The notes under the pieces are model-generated. The model ran no database searches and was not told the origin of the DNA. It was given only the letters and a program-made list of their open reading frames with translations. The position numbers were made by a program, and so were the translations under genes. Shown here piece by piece: positions 35,406-38,746 of a stretch of 38,746 bases of DNA (its first letter is position 1; every line of letters starts with the position of its first letter). This DNA comes from Ginglymostoma cirratum (lineage: Eukaryota), in contig JAHRHZ010000092.1 of NCBI GenBank assembly GCA_024137785.1, positions 945,452 to 984,197 of the forward strand, in the 5' to 3' direction.

Positions 35406-37171
35406 TGATGGACAAATGCATCTGCAGCAGGCAGATTCACGTGAATGAGGTATATTTTTCCCTCTTGTCGGTTCCTTCACCACATGTCACAGACCAGGTC
35501 TGTCTAACGATTGTGTCATTTAGGATTCAACTAGCTCAGTTCGTAGGGGTTCTGCCAAGCCAATCTTCATGATGGACATTGAAGTTCTCCACCCAGAGTA
35601 CATTCTGTGCCTTTGCTGCTCTCAGTTTTCCTTTAAGTGGTGTTCAACATATAGGAATAATGATCAGCAAAGAGGAAGGTTATGGCACATAGTCATTAAC
35701 AGGAGATTTCAGTGCTCACATTTGACTTGATGCCACAAAACTTTACAGGGTTTGGAGTCAATGTGCCTCCTGACTGTATACCTCTGTGCTCTCCAGAATC
35801 TTGTTCACTCTGGGTCAGCTCAATTGAGAAAGAATAAAAAGAAGACTAGGTTTAAATCTGGCCCTGCCTTAGATTGAAAATGGCCCTCACCAATCATCTT
35901 TCTCATCCTTAAGAGTTCTAGCCAATGGGAGCGACAGTGTACCCAGTTGCCTGCAGATTCCAATCTGGTGGGGGATGGGTGGAGAGGGAACACTTTGTCG
36001 AGCATCATCTTGTGAAGAGGTAAGTTGGGCTTCTGGTCCGTGATTGATCCGATGATTGTCTGTCTGAAATTGATCAGATGTATGTCTCAGACTTACTGTA
36101 TCTACAATGGTTTAAGATGATCTGGTAGATCTGCCATAGGTGACCTTGTAAGCACTCTCTAGACCAGTTGCTTCATTGTGATTATACTACCTTTATTCCT
36201 CCAGGAAGGTAAAATTTACTTAGTCTCAATTTTTGAATAGGACTAATTTTAAACCACAATTAAATTTTAGTCAACATTAGTAGCTATAGACTTGGATTCT
36301 AAAATTACATTTCGTCCCTCCTAGGATTATTCAAATCAAATATCTAAGAATAAAACATTCTTTCTAAGTATATGAGAGCACAGAAAATTCCCTGAGTTAA
36401 TCGCTCTCCACCCATTGAGTTCCCATTTAATTATTCTTGAGAAGTTTGAAATCCTGAGGTATCAAGAGTGTCTACACCTTTCAGAATGATTCACTTAATA
36501 TTTTATTTTAAGAATAAATCTACATGATGTCATAATAATAGTAACAATATTATAAAGTATAAAATAATTAAAATAGTTAATTCATCCAGAAATAAATGTA
36601 GGATAAGAAATCCACCTACTTATTCAGTTTGCACTACAAATTCACTTAAAAATAAAAATAGGATATTCAAATAATTCAAACAAATAGGTAGAAATTGTAA
36701 TTTTAGTCTTATCTTAGCTTTGAGATTTTTTTTCTGAAGGCCTCTGAGCTTGACCAGAGATGGCAAGGTTTCCTGCTTCCCTTCAAGCTGGATTTAAAGA
36801 AAGTCCCATGCTTTTTATTTTAAATTGTCACAGATATGAGTGCAATTATTGCCCAGAGAACATCAACCACACTGCTACGGATTTGGAGAGACAAAACCAG
36901 ATAAGATTGGGAGATTTCCTTCCCTAAAAAGTATAAGTGAACCAGGTGGGACTTTACAACAATGACGTGGTTATATGGTTATCATTAGACTAATTTTTAT
37001 TCTAGATTTTAATTGAATTCAAATCTTACGAACTACTAAGGTGGAATTTGAACCTATATATCCATAGAAAGCAAAGACTGGATTCCCTTCGTGGGTACAG
37101 GGTAGTACAAACTACTTTGCAAGGTACCCATAAACAAGGACAAGTGGGTAAGCTGAAGAAAAATTCAAAGT

Positions 37172-37260
37172 AGAGGTAACAAGCGTGGGGCTGGATGAAC
37201 ACAGCAGGTCAAGCAGCATCATAGGAGCAGGAAAACTTGACGTTTCGGGCCTAGACCCTT
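37172..37260 (-). mobile_element. PLE-derived mini element
   Basis: Same subfamily as 9129-9302; ttcaaagt repeated on both sides. Confidence 0.75.
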
Positions 37261-37619
37261 CAAAGTGTTTGCCCAAAGATAGAACCTCGCTGCTGGTACA
37301 TCATATCCCAAGTTTCGTTTGGCTAGACTTGCACATAGAAACATTGCAGTAGTTTTAATCATATCTCACTGTTCGCATCACCGAAGTTAACCCAAGAGGG
37401 AAATAAACAGTCAAAAAACACAACAATACATGAAATGTACATCCTGGATGTACTGGAGCTCCATTTTGGAGTATACAAGGTGAGTCAACCCAGTTGGTCT
37501 CAAATCATTTTAACTGTTTTTTTCTTCTGGGTCTGAAGCATTGAATCAAGGAACAGGAGTAGGATATTCAGCCCTTCAAGACAGCTCTACCATATGATCA
37601 TGGCTAAACATCGAACTCA

Positions 37620-37960
37620 GGGGGAGGCCTAGTGATATCATTATTGGGCTGTTAATCCAGAGACACAGGTAATGTTCTGGAGACCAGAGCTTGAATCCAC
37701 CACAGCAGATGGTGGAATTTGAATTCAAAAAAATTCTGGAATTAAGATTCTCATAATGACCATGAAAACCATTGTTGATTGTGAGAAAATCCCATTTGGT
37801 TCACTAATGTCTTTCAGAGAAGGAAACTGCCATCCTTACCTAGTCTGGTATACATGTGACTCCAGACACACACCAATATGGTTGACTATTAACTTGCCAT
37901 CTGGATGGACAACAAATTCTGGCATAGCCAGCAATGCCCTCATCCCATGAAAGAATAAAG
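37620..37960 (+). mobile_element. tRNA-derived SINE, near full length
   Basis: B-box-like gcttgaatcc head, shared central blocks, A-rich tail. Confidence 0.65.
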
Positions 37961-38636
37961 AAAAACATCAAGTGCCATCCTTTCAGGTCTTATGGCCACA
38001 ATATGAAATGTGAATTTACTCTGTGTACAAACAGCACCTTAAAGCAGGATGAATTCCTGAATTCCAAATCTTTGATCTCTGCTGAAACATCATACCAGTT
38101 ATAACATTCACGTGAAAGATTAACAGGATTCAGCGGCAAAAACAGCAAACACACTGGCTACAGGAGCAGGCCGGAAGCTGGGAATACCGCGGCAAGTAAC
38201 TCACCTCCTGACTCCTCAAAGCCTGACCGCCATCTACAAGGCACGTCAGGAGTGTGATGGAATACTCCCCACTTGCCTGGATTAGTGCAGCCCAAACAAC
38301 ACTCAAAGAGTTCTTTCTGTACATTAGATCCCTGTATCAAGGACAGTTAACTCTCTTCAATAATTATTACCTTGCAAACAGCAATAAGAAACGAACCAAA
38401 TAGTTTATCAAAAGTGAAACCAGAGGTTTCTGGGTGAAATGCAGCAAAACAGTTTGCTGCTGAGCTATAGACCCTAGCTAAAATCTTATCAGGAACTCAC
38501 TCACTCGCACCTACACATACATGCACTCACAATCTCTAAAAATTGTTGTAGCCAGTTATGTTTAACACACTTAGAATAAATAGGCACTTTCAAAATTCAG
38601 GGGATGTAGACCAAAGGAAAAAGGATCAATCAGAAC

Positions 38637-38746
38637 AGAGATAGTAGGAACTGCAGATGCTGGAGAATCTGAGATCACAAGTTGTGGAGCTGGATGAACA
38701 CAGCAGGCCAAGCAGCGTCGGAGGAGCAGGAAGGCTGACGTTTCGG
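38637..38746 (-). mobile_element. PLE terminal fragment cut by window edge
   Basis: gaactgcagatgctggagaatctgagat...ggatgaacacagcaggccaagcagc...gctgacgtttcgg. Confidence 0.75.

Noticed and set aside
158-38340. Most short six-frame ORFs as independent genes
   Set aside because: They are antisense or alternate frames of V exons, retroelement fragments or chance ORFs in intergenic DNA
1-38746. D, J or C segments, 12-RSSs, or germline-joined VDJ
   Set aside because: No FGxGT J motif with RSS or C-domain exon was found by eye; isolated heptamers (e.g. 20202, 25850, 33895) lack spaced nonamers
1-38746. CRISPR array or prokaryotic system
   Set aside because: Spliced genes and vertebrate retroelements; repeats are dispersed, not regularly spaced

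Overview
Eukaryotic (vertebrate) genomic DNA, most likely from a cartilaginous fish (shark); the organism is inferred from the repeat content, not shown directly. The window is a germline T-cell receptor variable-gene array. Seven two-exon V segments lie on the minus strand, each with a leader exon (37 nt; 35 nt in V1), a short intron, a V exon ending C-A-W-S and a 23-bp-spacer RSS. There is also a decayed eighth V relic and an inverted orphan promoter plus leader whose V exon and RSS are deleted. All V proteins closely resemble the TRBV30 type (SQTIHQ..CTV.GTSNP..YWYRQ..LQLMFYS..RP.D..F.L..CAWS), which is a single inverted gene in mammals but is a tandemly expanded family here. V2, V5, V6 and V7 look intact; V4 is open with a shifted nonamer; V3 is open with a mutated heptamer; V1 is a triple-lesion pseudogene. 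No D, J or C segments are seen. Intergenic DNA is rich in CR1-type LINEs (two long head-to-head copies at 13.2-19.7 kb), tRNA-derived SINEs and Penelope-like elements (PLEs). The PLEs include a TSD-flanked GIY-YIG copy and many short terminal fragments carrying hammerhead-ribozyme-like cores.
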